Assembly: GCA_028534125.1 (NCBI GenBank)
Contig: CM052817.1
Coordinates: 23,748,001-23,812,000 of the forward strand
Length of the DNA: 64,000 nt
Direction of reading: 5' to 3'
Origin: Lama glama
Taxonomy: Eukaryota
Shown: positions 1 through 13,450 of the stretch, piece after piece
Layout of the letters: every line of letters begins with the position of its first letter
How positions within the stretch are numbered: position 1 is the stretch's first letter
Translations under genes and position numbers: made by a program
The notes under the pieces: model-generated
Seen by the model: the letters and a program-made list of their open reading frames with translations, nothing else
What the model was told of the DNA's origin: nothing
Databases searched by the model: none

Positions 1-120
1 TTTACTAATCTGAATATTTCAATCCATGAACAAGGCATATACCTCCATTTATTTGGATTTTCATTGTCTCCACATCATATATCGTTCTAAGAGTAGAGGT
101 TTTGCACCATATGATATAAG
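1..120 (-). mobile_element. Old L1 ORF2 fragment
   Basis: caatccatgaacaaggcatatacctccatttattt resembles antisense L1 ORF2. Confidence 0.55.
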
Positions 121-499
121 TCAAAATGTCATGAGTGAAAAATGATTAATTCTGTGAAAATATGGTTTAAAATACCACCTTATGAATAAAATCAATTATC
201 CCATATACCACACTATATAAATATTTCAGTGGTTCAGAATTTAGTCCTATAACTATATCTTTAAATGCAGAACATTTTTTAAGTGAGACATTAATGTGAC
301 TAGAAAACTTATCCACTCCAGGCATCTATTCTTCAACATCCCTACCAAGCTGCTGTTGTACAGGTTTTGTTAGAATAGTTGCAAAAGCAGAAAAGTTATT
401 TTTCCTTTTGGGACAACTCCTTCAGTTATCGGGAAGTTCAACCTATCAAAGACTTATTCCTTATAATGATCCAAAAATCCTTCTCTATAAAATTTTCCC

Positions 500-810
500 C
501 TGTTGGTCCTTACTTCAACTCAGTGTGAATACAGAAGTGATCTGTCTCATCTTCAACAGGAGAGTACTTCAGATTATAAGAGCCGTTTCTGTGTCCTCAT
601 TCTCTTCCTCTTCCTTCTCCTGGCTAGGTGTCTTCCCCCATTCATAAAACATGATTTCTAGTCTTTTCAATATCTGAGTCTCTCTTCTCTGAATGCACTC
701 CAAGACTTTTCGTGCACGCCCCACACTCTTCAGTGTGGTGCCCATTATTCCAGGTGTAGGCTGAAAGGGAGAGTAGATTCAGAACATCTTCTCACTTGGA
801 ACTAAGTTCT
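500..810 (-). mobile_element. CR1/L3-like LINE relic
   Basis: Motifs tcttctctgaatgcactccaag and gtggtgcccattattccaggtgtaggctga resemble the antisense CR1/L3 RT 3' region. Highly diverged. Confidence 0.45.
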
Positions 811-2699
811 CTATTTCAGTCAATGTTCTGAAATGGTGCTGTCATCAGAAAGCTGACTGGCAGGCAGGCAGAGGCCCTCCAAATTGGCATTTACCTTATT
901 GATCTCATCATTGTCATTCCCGAGTTTTGCCTGCCTGGTGACTTCGGTGGCAGTAAGGACCTATGCTTCAGAGATACAGTCACACTAAGCTTAAAAGAAA
1001 AGATTAGCCATGCATGTACTCTAGCTGGCCTTCTCTCCCTGAAGGAAAACCACCTCCTGCAAAATAAAATTATAATCTAAAATTGATTGGTGAGCACAGA
1101 ATCAGGGCGAAGAGAATTAGTTCAGCATTTCAATATTTAATTGCTTCAGGGTTCTGACAGTTACATCCATCATCAGAGTCGAGAGATACCTGCTACCAAA
1201 ACCAGGCATGGTGAATCTTTTATCAGTGTACTCTCTCCCCAGGACAGAACTAGGACGAGAAGCTGCTGTCATTGATTGCCTAATGGTCTTGCTTTTCTAT
1301 ATTTTATGCTAATTAATCCCTGTTTCTAATAAATAATTCTTTTTTAGATTCATTAATATCTTCTTTCATCTTCTTCTGGCCAGGAGGCCAACTTCTTTCT
1401 TCAAGGTGACTTTGAATCTCATCATTTTGGATGGATTTTATAATTCTTATCAAACAGTCTTGTTTCTCTGTTTTCCAAATTCTAAGAGAGCTCCTATCAC
1501 CCAGGTCAATTTATGTGACCAAGTAACTAGTCTTATAAAAATTTAGCCACATGCGTACGTAAGATCCTTTCTGTTCTTTTTCTTCCTTCTCTCTCTGTGC
1601 CATTTAGTGGGAGCTCTAGCAGATTCTGGACAGTTTGACTATGAGAATTCAGTGATTAACATTAGCCCTTTGGATATCAATCTTCTGGCATATCTTTGAG
1701 GACCACTAATATCTCTGATTGGACCCTCTCTGCCTGCATGGCTTTATAGAGAAGGCAAAAGGTCTCCTCTATCCAACTTTCCATTGTCTTCCTATTTTTT
1801 CGAAAGCATTTCCAATTATAGTTGAAAGCACTTGGCTCCCTCAAAAGACTCTGAAATGTGAATATTTTCAAACTTCAAACAAACAAAGATTATAAAGGAT
1901 CCAGGAATAAAGAAGATCAGAGTAGCAATGTAAAAGCCTTGTGTTTTTCTTAAATATCCAAATGGAAATACTTTTTCATGTTTTTCCTTAGTGAGGTAAC
2001 ATGTGTATTTTTGAAGTTCCTTCAGAATCTCAAAAGACCCTGACAATTTGCCTTGACCTTATATATTGACTATAACATACCTTTGGTGACGTGGGCAACA
2101 GTTAGCTCTATTTTAATGTCTCAACAGAACTAGATAAGAAGATGCAGAAGAGGTAGTCTTTTTTATACAGCCGCTTTGGAGATATGAATACAAATGGGGG
2201 AGGAAGGTGAAGATGAGAAGCGATGCCGCAAAGAAAATGTGCATCTTTATAAAAGCTAATTGTGATGATAATTACCTTCTGCTTTGGAAGCACATGGGTG
2301 ATGTTGGCTCTTACAGTGGAGTTTGTTCAAAGAAGTAAAATAGATTGCGCTATTCAACAGTGACTGAATTGTTCATTATGTTAAGAATGGAAAGCAATCT
2401 TGTAAAATGTCATCTTTTTACATTTTGAAAAATTTTCCAAGAACATTTATGCCAACTAAATGTAAAATTTCCCCAATATCACTCCTACCTCATTAAAGGG
2501 GAAAAATAATATGGCTAAATGCCTATGACAAATAGTCATACTATTTAAATAATTATCACTGTCTTTTTCAGCAGAGATACAGACAAGGAACAATCAGGTG
2601 AAGGAGTAAAAGGGGTATTCAAGGCATTTGTCAAGGATAGGAAGATACAGAGGGAAAAATGGCTCAGTGTGAGGGATCCAGGCTTTGCTGGGAACAGCA

Positions 2700-2833
2700 G
2701 CAGCAACTGCTGGGCTGTGCCTCTCTCCCTCAGAAGCATCTTGCACCTTCCATCGCTTAGCCACTCGCAGCAACTGCTGGGCTGTGCCTCTCTCCCTCAG
2801 AAGCATCTTGCACCTTCCATCGCTTAGCCACTC
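2700..2833. repeat. Perfect 67-bp tandem duplication (2 copies)
   Basis: 2700-2766 and 2767-2833 are identical: gcagcaactgctgggctgtgcctctctccctcagaagcatcttgcaccttccatcgcttagccactc. Confidence 0.95.
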
Positions 2834-3274
2834 ACCCACGCCCTCCAACAGACACTCAGAAAAGTGACTAGAATAATGGCAAAGAATAAACTATTTCCTG
2901 CTCTGGAGTTACTAGCCCTGCACTCTTTGTATAAATCTGCACATCTCTTCCAGATTTCAAACAGCTGTTTCTAGTCATTTTGTTAAAAACAAAACTACCA
3001 CCGAAAAACCGCAACCGCTTTCTACAATTTCCTCCGAGCTAGCTTGAATGTGGGGTCAGTGCCTGTGTGTTCGGGCTATTTCTGCCTCAGCCTCATTTCT
3101 CATCTGGGGCTTCTGGAGGTTAACCTCTTCAGATCTGTATAGCACTGGCCTGTGCAGCTTTCATCTACTTCTGTTTCTGTGCCCTGGCTGGCCCGCACAG
3201 TTGGAAGTAATCCCTGGCCTGAATGCTAAGCCTGAAAATTCTGCAGTGTTTCCAGACTGGCTTCATATCTGTAA

Positions 3275-6200
3275 TTTTTTAAAATTAAGGTATAATTGAC
3301 ATAACATTGTATTATTCTCAGGTGAACAATGTAATGATTTGATATTTGTATATGTTGCAAAATGATAACCACAGTAAGTCCGGTTAACATCCTTCATCAT
3401 ACAAAGTTACAAATTTTTGTGTGTGTGATGAGAACTCTCAAGCTCCAGTATCCTAGCTACTTTCAAATATGTGATCAGTCTTATTAAATATACTCGCCAT
3501 GCTGTACATTTCATCCCCATGACTTATTCATTTTATAACTGGAAATGTGTACCTTTTGACCCCTATACCCAATTCATCCATCCCTCACCCTCACCCCAGA
3601 CAACAACCAATGTGTTCAATTTTCCATCAACTCAGTGGGTTTTTTTTTTGGTTTGGTTTGGTTTTTACAGTCTACATATAAGTGAGATCATATGGTATTT
3701 ATCTTATTCTTTCCAACTTTTCACTTAGCATAATGTCCTCAAGGCCTATCCTTGTTGTAAATGGAAAAATTTTATTCATTTCTTTTATGGCTGAAGAGTA
3801 TTCTGTTGTGTATTTATACACCAATTTTCTTTATCCATTTATCCATCAAGGAACATTTAGGTTGTTTTTAGTGTCTTGGCTGTTGTAATAATGCTTTAGT
3901 GAACATGAGGATTTGCTGTCAAACCTATCTGTTTGACTTTGTCTTTGTTTTCATTGGATTAATACCTAGAGGTGTGGAATTGCTGAATCACGTGGTAATT
4001 TTATTTTTAATTTTTTTGAGGAAACTTTGTGATATTTTCTATAGTGAATGAACCAGTTTAAATTAACACCAAGAGGGCACAGTGTTCTGTTTTTTCCACA
4101 TCCTAAGCAACACTTCTTGCCTTTTTTTTTAAGTAGCTGTTCTGACAGATGTGAGGTGATATCTCTATTGTGGTTTTTAACCTCTAGTTCCATGATAATT
4201 AGTGATGTTGAGCATCTTTTCACCTACCTGTATGCCATCAGTATGTATTCTTTGGAAAAATGTCTATTCAGACCCTCTGCTCAATTTTTGATCAGATTTT
4301 TTCATATTGAGTTGTTTGAGTTCTTTATATAGTTTTGATATTAAGCCTTTATCAGATATATGATTTGTAAGCATTTTCTTCCATTCTGTAGGTTGCCTTT
4401 TGGTTTTCTTGATTGTTTAGTAGCATGTTATTTAATCTCCACATATTTGTTAATTTTCTTTTAGTAATTGATTTCTAGTTTCATACAATGTGATCAGAGA
4501 AGATGCTTGAAATGAGCAATCTTCTTAAATTTACTAAGACTTGTTTTATAACCTAACATATGATCTGTCATGGAAAATGTTTTGTGTGCACTTGAGAATA
4601 TGTATTTTGTTGCTTTTAGATGGAATTCTCTGTATATATCTGTTAATTCTTTCTGGTATAATGTGCAGTTTAAAGAAGATATTTTCCTTATTGATTTTCT
4701 ATCTGGATGATCTATTGGTGTAAGTGGGGTATTAAAATCCGCTACTATTATTATATTGCTATTTCTCCCTTTAGGTCTGCTAATACTTGCTTTATAAATT
4801 TAGGTGCTCTCATGCTGGGTGCATAAATATGTGCAAATACTATATTCTCTTTTTGGATTGATCCCTTTATCATTATGTAATACCCATATTTGTCTCTTAT
4901 TACAATCTTTGTTTTAAAGTCTATTTTGTCTGATATAAGTGTACCTACCACAGTTTTCTTTTGGTTTCTGTTCGCATGAAAAATCTTTTTTTCCCCTTCT
5001 TTTTACTTCAATCAATGTGTCCTCACATCTGAAGTGAGTCTCTTGTAGGCAGCATATAAATGGGTTCCGTTTTGTTTGTTTGTTTGTTTTGTTTTTTTTA
5101 ATCCATTCAGCCACTCTATGTCTCTTGATTGGAGCATTTAGTCCATTTACATTTAAAGTAATTATTAATAGGTATGTACTTATTGCCATTTTGTTAATCG
5201 TTTTCTGGCTATTTTGTAGTTCTTCTCTTACCTCTCTTTGTGGTTTGATGACTGTCTTCAGTGGCATACTTAGGTCCTTTCATTTTATCTTGTGTGTATT
5301 TACTATGGGTTTTTGCTCTGTGGTTACCATTAGACTTACATACAACTACTTATTTGTAACAGTCTATTTTAGGTTGATAACGATGTAAGTTTGATTGAAC
5401 ACATTCTAAAGCTCTACATTTTCAGTCTCTGCCCCTTATGATTTATGTTTTGATACTACATTTTATATCTTTATGTTGTGTCTCTCTTAACTAATTATTG
5501 TAGTTATAATAATGTTTACTAGTTTTGTCTTTTAACCTTCATACTAGCTTTATAAGTGAGTAATGCACTATCTTTACTATATATTTACTTTTACCAGTAT
5601 TTACCAAATACTTTCATTTGTTTCCTTGTTACTATTTAGAGCACTTTCTTTTTAGCTAAAGAAATCCTTTTAACATTTCTGCGAGGCAAGTTTAATGGTA
5701 AAGAACTCTTTTAGTTTTAGCTTGTCTGGAAAACTCTGTATGTCTCTTTCAATTCTGAAAGATAATTTTGCCAGGAGAGTATTCTCGGTTGGGAGGGTTT
5801 TGTTTGTTTGTTTGTTTGTTTGTTTGTTTGTTTGTCTTCCCCCCCCCCTTCAGCACTTTGAATATACTGTTTTCCTGTCTTCTGGTTTGCAAAACTTCTG
5901 CTGAAAAATCTGATTGCCTTATGAGGGGGGGTTCCCTTGTATGTAACATTTTTTTTCTTGCTGCTTTTGAGACTCTCTCCTTTAATTTTTGAAATTTTAA
6001 TTATAATGTGTCTTAGTGTGAGTTTCTTTGGATTTATCATTTTTGGAACTCTCTGGACTTCTCTTGTATCTGGATATTTGTTTCCTTCCCCAAGTTAGAG
6101 ACGTTTTGAGCCATTATTTCTTCAAATAAATTTTCTGTCCCTTTCTCTTATCTCTTTCTGGAGCCCCTATGATGTGAATGTTAGTTCACTTGATGTTGTC

Positions 6201-8856
6201 CCATAAGTCCCTTAAGCTGTCTTTACTTTAAAAAAAAAAAAATTCTCTTTGCTGCTCTGATTGAGTGAGTTCCACCACCCTGTCCTTGAGTTCATTGATC
6301 TTTTCTCCTGGTTCATCTAGTCTGCTGTTAAACCCCTGTGCTCTATTTCTCAATTCAGTTACTGTGTTCTTCAGCTCTCTGACTTCTGTTTGGTGCTTTA
6401 TTATTTTTTTCTCTTTGTTGAAGTTCTCAGTGTTTTCATACTTCTGAGTTCTGTGAACATCTTTCTAACCACTACTCTGAACTCTTTATCAGGTAAATTT
6501 CTTATCTCCATTTCATTACAGTTTTGTTCTGAGGTTTCATCTAGTTCTTTCATTTGGAACATATTTCTCTGTTTCTTCATTTTGCTTGACTCTCTGTGTT
6601 GGTTTCTATGCATTAGATGAACAACTGCCTCCTTGTGTAGGAGATGAAACTTATCTTTCAGTCCTGCCCTAACTCTTGATTATCTCTCAACCTTTTTTGA
6701 TTGTGCAAGCAGCCTGTTTTATTTTTAATGGCTCTCAGTGGATACGAGTGGGCCAAGACCTGTCAGTGTCCTAAAAGGGAGGCTCTCAGTCAGAGTCTAG
6801 ATTCAGGCTGATTGGAAACCAGACCCTCAGGCAGGAACTTTTTAAGTATGCAAATATACAGCATCCTGTGGGATTGCAAGGATAAGCTCTGCTGGCCACC
6901 AGAGCCAAGTGATCTGTAGGTGTCCCCTGGGTAGCAGTTGTAAAAATCAGGGCTCCAGCTAAGGGTATATGCTACTGTCTTGTGAGATACTGGTGAAGTA
7001 CAACGAGGCAGAGGGAGAGCACAAAAAGTATGTCCCCCAACCTATGTACCCTAAGAGGACCTCCGCAGGCCTTGAGTTGTGTGCCAAACCAGAAGCTTGC
7101 CCCTCAAGCCAAAGCACCAGGACAAGCAACTGGCCTCTTTCACAGAAAGACTGGAGATGCTTTCCAGTCTGCTGTCTGTACCATGCCCTGAGGGCGGTAA
7201 CCTGACAATGACTATCTCTGCAATTGCTGTAATCCCATGGGGTCCAAGAACACAAGCCCCTCTCGTCTCCAGAGTCAGGCAATCAAGGGGTCCCCTGGGC
7301 AACAACCACAAAGACCAAGGCACAAGGCATAAAAACTGTAGCGCTAGATGCATGTGAAAGGTCCCCCCTCCAGGAGATACTAGCGCTCTGGAGGGAAAAG
7401 CTGGGGGAAAGCACTGAGATAGTGTCCACCCTCCTTTTTCTCTTACAAGGATTAGGGTCAGCCCTTAGATGTGTGTTTAATTAGGAGCCTGCCCCTCAGA
7501 CCGCAGCTATGACAGTCAGCTAACCGACCACTTTCACAGAAAGACGAGCTCCTGACTCTGTCATCTCCTGCTGTGCTGGGGCGTGAGGCTGGTTGGGAGG
7601 GGGATGGTTAACTCTTTGTTGGCTACAGTCCCATGGGACTCAAGAGCATAGGTCCCACTGGCCACCAGAGTTAGGTGGTGGTAGGTTTTTGCATCTTCAG
7701 AAGTCAGAGTGACAGACAAGAGTTCAAGTTCCTTTCTGAGAGATAACGGTGAACTGCAGAGAGGCAGAGGGAGCGGGCAAAGACTGCATTCACCAGGCTC
7801 CGTGCCCTGGGAGCACTTCCAGAGGTCCCTAGCTGTGTGCCAGACTGGAAGCCTGTCCCTCAGACTGAAGCTCCGGGACAAGCAAGTAGGCTTCTTTCAC
7901 AGAAGGACTGACTGTGTTTCACTCTGCTGTCTGTGCAGTGCCGTGGAGGTGGTCGTCTGCCAGGAAGCGTCCCTCTGACTGTTAGAGCCTCACAGGACTC
8001 AGGATTATAAGCCCTCTTTGCCTCCGCAGCCAGGTAGTTAGAGGGCATCCCACGGACAGCCTCAAAAACTGGGCACCAGACCATGTCAGAGCCCCCCCGC
8101 CCCCCGGAGACCCTGGTGTGCTGGAGCTCAGCAAAAGGAGGTCAGGATGATAGTGCACACGGCAGTGGGAGCACATATAGATGGTGCCTACTGGAGAAAA
8201 GGAAAAAGACGGCACCTGCCAGCCTGAACAAGGCAGGCGGAGGGTACATAGACAGCACCTGCAAGAAAAAAATTGGCACCCATTGGCTATCATGAGGCAG
8301 GTGAGAGTGTGAAGATGGTGCCTGCCCCTCAGATCGACACTGTCAGATGAGCAAATGAGCGTCATTCACGTATAGTCCGGGTACCTCTTGGTCAGCTCCT
8401 TCTGCACTGGGCCCTGGGGCAAGCGAGTCCGAGGAGCACAAGATCCCTTTAAGGACCGTTTCTCAGATTGCCATAACGTGAGTGTCTTGTGGACTGGAGT
8501 CTTAATGGTTTTCAAAGCTAGATGTTTTGGTGGCTCATCTCCCAAGTGCAGGTCTTAAAAGTTGGGGTGCCTGATATGGCGTTCAAACCCTTGCTCTTTG
8601 GAGAGAAGATCTGGGTTTTGAGTTCCCTCCCAATTGTGAGTTGCCACACTGGGGGTGCAGTTTATTGGTGAGGTTGGGTCCCAACCTCTCCTATCCACTT
8701 TGATGTGGGCCCTCTCTCATTCACCAGGCACGTAGGAATTGCTCGGTTTTTAGGCGGTTTTTTAGAGGAAGTTGTGCCATATGTAGTTGCAGATTTAGTG
8801 TGTCCATGGGAGGAGGGGAGCCCAGAATCTTCCTATATCACCATAACCCTCTCCCC
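3275..8856 (-). mobile_element. L1 LINE with both ends present and a large internal ORF2 deletion; inactive
   Basis: 3'UTR at about 3275-3850 and ORF2 C-terminus (MKRCSTSLII...). It jumps at about 4410 to the endonuclease domain (IITLNVNGLNAPIKRHRVAEWIKK, CCLQETH, ISDKIDFKTK, GYYIMIKGSIQ). ORF1 remnants lie at 5650-6620 (KKQRNMFQMKE, RHIIIK) and a GC-richer 5'UTR runs to about 8856. Confidence 0.92.
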
Positions 8857-10559
8857 ATACTCTTAACCTTGATTCATGTCCATGTCATGTGATGACCTTT
8901 TGTCTCCCTTCCCTTAAAACAAGTTCCTTTTATAACAGGAGTCCTGTGTCTGAGGCCTATGGAATGAAATTATTCTGAGTCTTCCCAAATAATTCTTGAC
9001 TCAGTGAGTCACTGTGCTAAAGAGAATCAGCAGGCATTGAGAGAAGTGCCTGAAAGAGGGCACGGATGCCAGGTAGCAGATAAGGATGGAGCAGCTCTAA
9101 TGACAAACTTAAAACCCTAAAACATATTAATTCAGGAGAAGTTTGTGTAGGGGACAAACTAGGCTACCAAGAGATGAGCAACAAGGAAGAAAAACAGTGA
9201 GTTATGAAGGAGATAATAGACTCTCCATTTAGGAAAACTTGTTTAAGAAGATGGCTATTTTAGCAGAAGTTGTAGACTCATAGCTAGAAAGATATGTTAT
9301 GAGAAAGCAGATGAGGCAAAATGTACAAAGGTACTCCTGTGATTACGCTTGGACCAAAAAAAAAGAATTTCATTTAGTTGAAATCAGTGAGTAATTTGAG
9401 CATCTGCGAGTTGAATCCTATCATCCTCTTAAAATAAACTTTCATTCTGTTTTTTCACTTTTTCTTCTCTCCAGTGACAGCCAAAGAGGTGACCAAGAGA
9501 GTGGAGGTGGGGGAAGATTAGAGGGTAAGCAGAAGAAAATAGTTGTGTTGTACAAATTTGTCCACGTAGACACAAAACACATATACTGCTCATATTTCTG
9601 CAAAATACAGACCAAGATCTTGGGAGATTCCAAAGAAAGGATCTAGCAGTAGATTGCTTATATTTTTCCAACATGTGGCGTATGAAAATAAAACATTTAT
9701 GAGGCTTTATTACATGCACATTAATTATCTAAAATTAGAGGCACTAAGAGTGAGCCATTAAGTGCTGATTAGACAATGATACGAGTTCTGGCAGCATCGG
9801 TAATAGGGAACTAAGTTTACTTCCAAAGGGAGGAGAGATCATTAAATTTTTAATTTGTTTCTCAACTGTTCAATTACAGCATGCCTAATGTGCTGGACAT
9901 GAACCTTAAGGGACTTAACACAATTACGGGACTTTTTCAGTGTACCTTGCTCTTTTGCATTTATTTTCTCAAAAGATTAGGTATTTGTAACTCTTTTAGA
10001 TCATTCGTTGCCCTCAAATACTTCATAATGTCTCTCTTCCACTTCATATATGTTTTCTATTCCTTAGATGCTTGGCAAGATTATATCAAATGTGATGAGA
10101 ACTATTTATTTTGCTGGGAAAAAGACAACCCTTCAAATATGCCTTTTAAATATGGTTCAGTAGGTGCCTATTCAAAGTCTCCTTTGAGGATTTCTTGCTA
10201 ATGGCCTCCTCTAGTCAAGAGTTTATTGGCCACTTACTTAATCAATAAATGCATGGTCCTCAGTTCATCCTTCTCTCTTAAACGTTTTTATGGACTGCCA
10301 TGTGCTCACACCTTCCCTCCATGATTTTGCAGTCAGGTCACACTCATGATTAAGTAGCCTCATGATGCTGAAAAAGATCCCCTGAGACTTCTTCAAGGTT
10401 TGGGTGTCTGTAATCAATAAAATAATCTGTAATTTTATCAACTAATCCTTGGTAATACTGAGAAAAAACTTAAGGAAACCTTGGAAAATTACATTTTTCT
10501 CTCCACATTTCACTTATATTCTTTAATTAGACATTTCAGTATTCAGCTAAAGAAAAGTT

Positions 10560-11752
10560 TTTGCAGGCTTTTATGTTAAGACTTGTTGAGAGACCTGAGT
10601 GAGGGCTTCTATGTGGGCTATAATGTCCTTAAAGCCAGTGGAGGAAACAAAAATGGCATCCAAATGACCATACCAATCAGAACATCATACCAGTCAGACC
10701 ATGCCAAACCAGCACGAGCCCACCTGGCCTTTAGGAGAGGGAGGTTAGCAGCTTTAGGAACTTGACCTTGCTGTGTATACCATACATGTCCGCTATGGGA
10801 GGCAGCACTGTCAGGGGTGAAGAGATGGACTCGGGGTGGGATCTGCCAGACCAGGATCCCCACCTCTTCCCTCTTTCAGTGGTGTGTGTTCCATTTCAGG
10901 TATAGTGTGTTTCAACAGGTCCGCTTGCAGCAGGACAATGGGATCTAGTGGAGACTGGGTAGTTCCTCCTTATCCAGGGGTGTGAAATAGTTCACCTATC
11001 CTGGAGGACGTTCCATTGTAAATTTCACTAGCTAACACCCTTCCCAGGCACGATGAGGCTTGATGTTCTCAGCAGCATAGCAGTAGTGGCCACCTGGTTT
11101 GCACACAGACAGGGTGTAGCTTGGGTTAGGCCAGACACAGACAGTGTCCACACACACCAAGGCATATTCAGGGTCCTCACTTGGAAGGGGTTGATAAAAT
11201 AGGTTTGTCAATTCCACACCAACTGGGAACTCTAGTGAATGGCCCCAGACTCCTTTGGTAGTTACTCTGGGCATTGTTTAGAGCATGCAGGACATTTTGT
11301 ACTGCATTGGCCAAGTCACTGTATTTCAAGGGCAATCTGGCATTCTTAGCAATACCCCATCCCACCTGGGAAATACGGTAGCTGCTCTTCTATGCACCCA
11401 GTCTGCTGTATTTGCGGAAGGGCTGGCTGCTAGGGCTCATTGCTGGGCTAAGGCACGGGCCTCCCAATTACCAAGGGGTGTCAGTGCCATATGAGCCAGG
11501 ATGTGAGAGACAGAGCTGTCTCAGTTTCTGGCGGGTGAACCCAAATGTCTTTCCACATGTCCTGAACTCATAAGGGCTTATTCATAATCATCCACCCTTC
11601 TGCTACACATTGTTCAAACCACGGCATCAACCTCATTAGAAAAGCCCACATGGCAGTGCAAAGGGTTAATGGCCAGGGCTCATGAGTGATCAATCATTAC
11701 CCAAACCACACTGAGTTCAGCCAGCTAACTGCTGTGGTTCCTTCCTGTTACA
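10560..11752 (-). mobile_element. Degenerate ERV internal region: RNase H, integrase and env-like remnant
   Basis: Manual minus-strand translation across stops and frameshifts. RNase H: AELSVVWVMI..THEPWPLTLCTAMWAF..GWMIMNKPL*VQDMWKDIW..HILAHMALTPLGNWEARALA. Integrase: ADWVHRR..GWGIAKNARLPLKYSDLANAV..QPLPSEDPEYALVCVDT(V)SGLTQATPCLCANQ. Env-like: NLPLLKARWAR..DWYGHLDAIFVSSTGFKDIIAHIEALTQVSQQVL. Confidence 0.8.
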
Positions 11753-11764
11753 AGGAGAACAGTT

Positions 11765-13419
11765 TTTATGTGTGGGGGGTTTTTTTGTTGTTGTTGTTTG
11801 TTTTTACTGAACATATAAAATAATTATGAGGCATGTACATGACTTCTTCTTAATCCAATCATCTGTTGATGGGCACTTGGATTGCTTCCATGTCTTGGCT
11901 ATTGTAAATAATGCTGCTGTGAACATTGGGGTGCATATATCTTTTTGAATTAGTGTTTTTGTTTTTTCTGGATATGTATGCAGGAGTGAAATTGCTGGAT
12001 TACATGGCAGTTCTATTTTTATTTTTTAAGAAACTTCCATACAGTTTTTCATAGTGGTTGCACCAATTTACATTCCCATCAATAATGGTTCCCATTAATA
12101 AGGGTTTCCTTTTCTCTGCATCCTCTCCAGTATTTGTTATTTGTGTTCTTTTAAATGACAGCCATTCTGACAGGTATGAGGTGATATCTCATTGTGGTTT
12201 TGATTTGTGTTTCTCTAATTATTAGAGATGTTGAGCAACTTTTCATGGGCCTGTGGCTATCAGTATATCTTTCTGTGGAAAAATGTCTAAGCAAGTCTTC
12301 TGCCCATCTTCTGATTGGATTGCTTGGTTTTTTTTTTTTTGATGTTGAGTTGTATGAGCTGTTTGTGTATTTTGGATATTAACCCCTTGTCTAATGCATC
12401 ATTTGCAAATATTTTCTCCTATTCTGTAGGCTGCCTTTTTGTTTTATTGATGCTTTTAGGTTTAATTAGGTCTCATTTGTTTATTTTTGTTTTTATTTCT
12501 TTTGCTTTAGGAGACTGATCAATGAAAATATTGCTATGTTTTATGTCAAAATGTTTCACCTATGTTCTCTTCTAGGAATTTTATTGTTACAAGTATTACA
12601 TTTAGACCTTTAAACCACTGAGTTTATTTTTTGTATATAGCGTGAGGAGATGCTCTAATTTCATTGTCTTACATGCGCTATCCAGTTTTCTCAGCAATAC
12701 CTGTTGAAGAGATTGTCTTTTCTCCATCGTATATCCTTGCCTCCTTTACCATAGATTAATTGGCCATAGGTGTGTGGGTTTATTTTTGGGCTCTGTATTC
12801 CATTCCATTGATCTATGTGTCTGTTTTTGTGCCAATGCCATGCTGTTTTGATTATTGTAGATTTGTAGCATAGTCTGAAGCCTGGGAGGGTTATACCTCT
12901 AGCTTTGTTCTTATTTCTCAGGATTGCTTTGGCAATTGGAGGTCTTTTGTGATTGCATATAAATTTTAGGCTTAGCCTAGTTCTATGAAAAGTATCATGG
13001 GTATTTTGATGGATATTGTATTAAATCTGTAGATTTCTTTAGATAGTATGACCATTTTAATGATATCAGTTCTTCTAATCCAAGAGCATGGGATATCTTT
13101 CCATTTCTTTGAATCATCTTCAATTTTGTTCATTAGTATTTTATAGTTTTCACAGTATAGGTCTCTTACCTCCTTGGTTAAGTTTATTCCTGAGTATACT
13201 TTTTATGTGATTCTGAAAGTTTTTTTTTTACCTTTATATTTCTGATATTTCATTATTAGTGTATAGATATGCAACAGATTTATGTATATTAATATTGTAT
13301 ACTGCAAACTTGCTGAATTAATTTTTGAAAGTTCTAACTATTTTTGGGTAGAGATTTTAGGATGTCATCTGCAAATAGTGACAGTTTTACCTCTTCCTAA
13401 CAATTTGGATAGCTTTTTA

Positions 13420-13450
<31 letters not shown>

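Noticed and set aside
2700..2833. Direct repeats as a CRISPR-like array
   Set aside because: Only two contiguous copies with no spacer, in mammalian DNA with no cas genes.
4400..4420. L1 internal junctions as spliced integrants
   Set aside because: On the L1 sense strand the breakpoints do not appear to fall at GT..AG relative to the consensus I recall. Microhomology explains them better.
5799..5835. (TTTG)n microsatellite and other simple repeats (5070, 28080, 29335, 58740, 61270)
   Set aside because: Ordinary slippage tracts within or beside L1 sequence.
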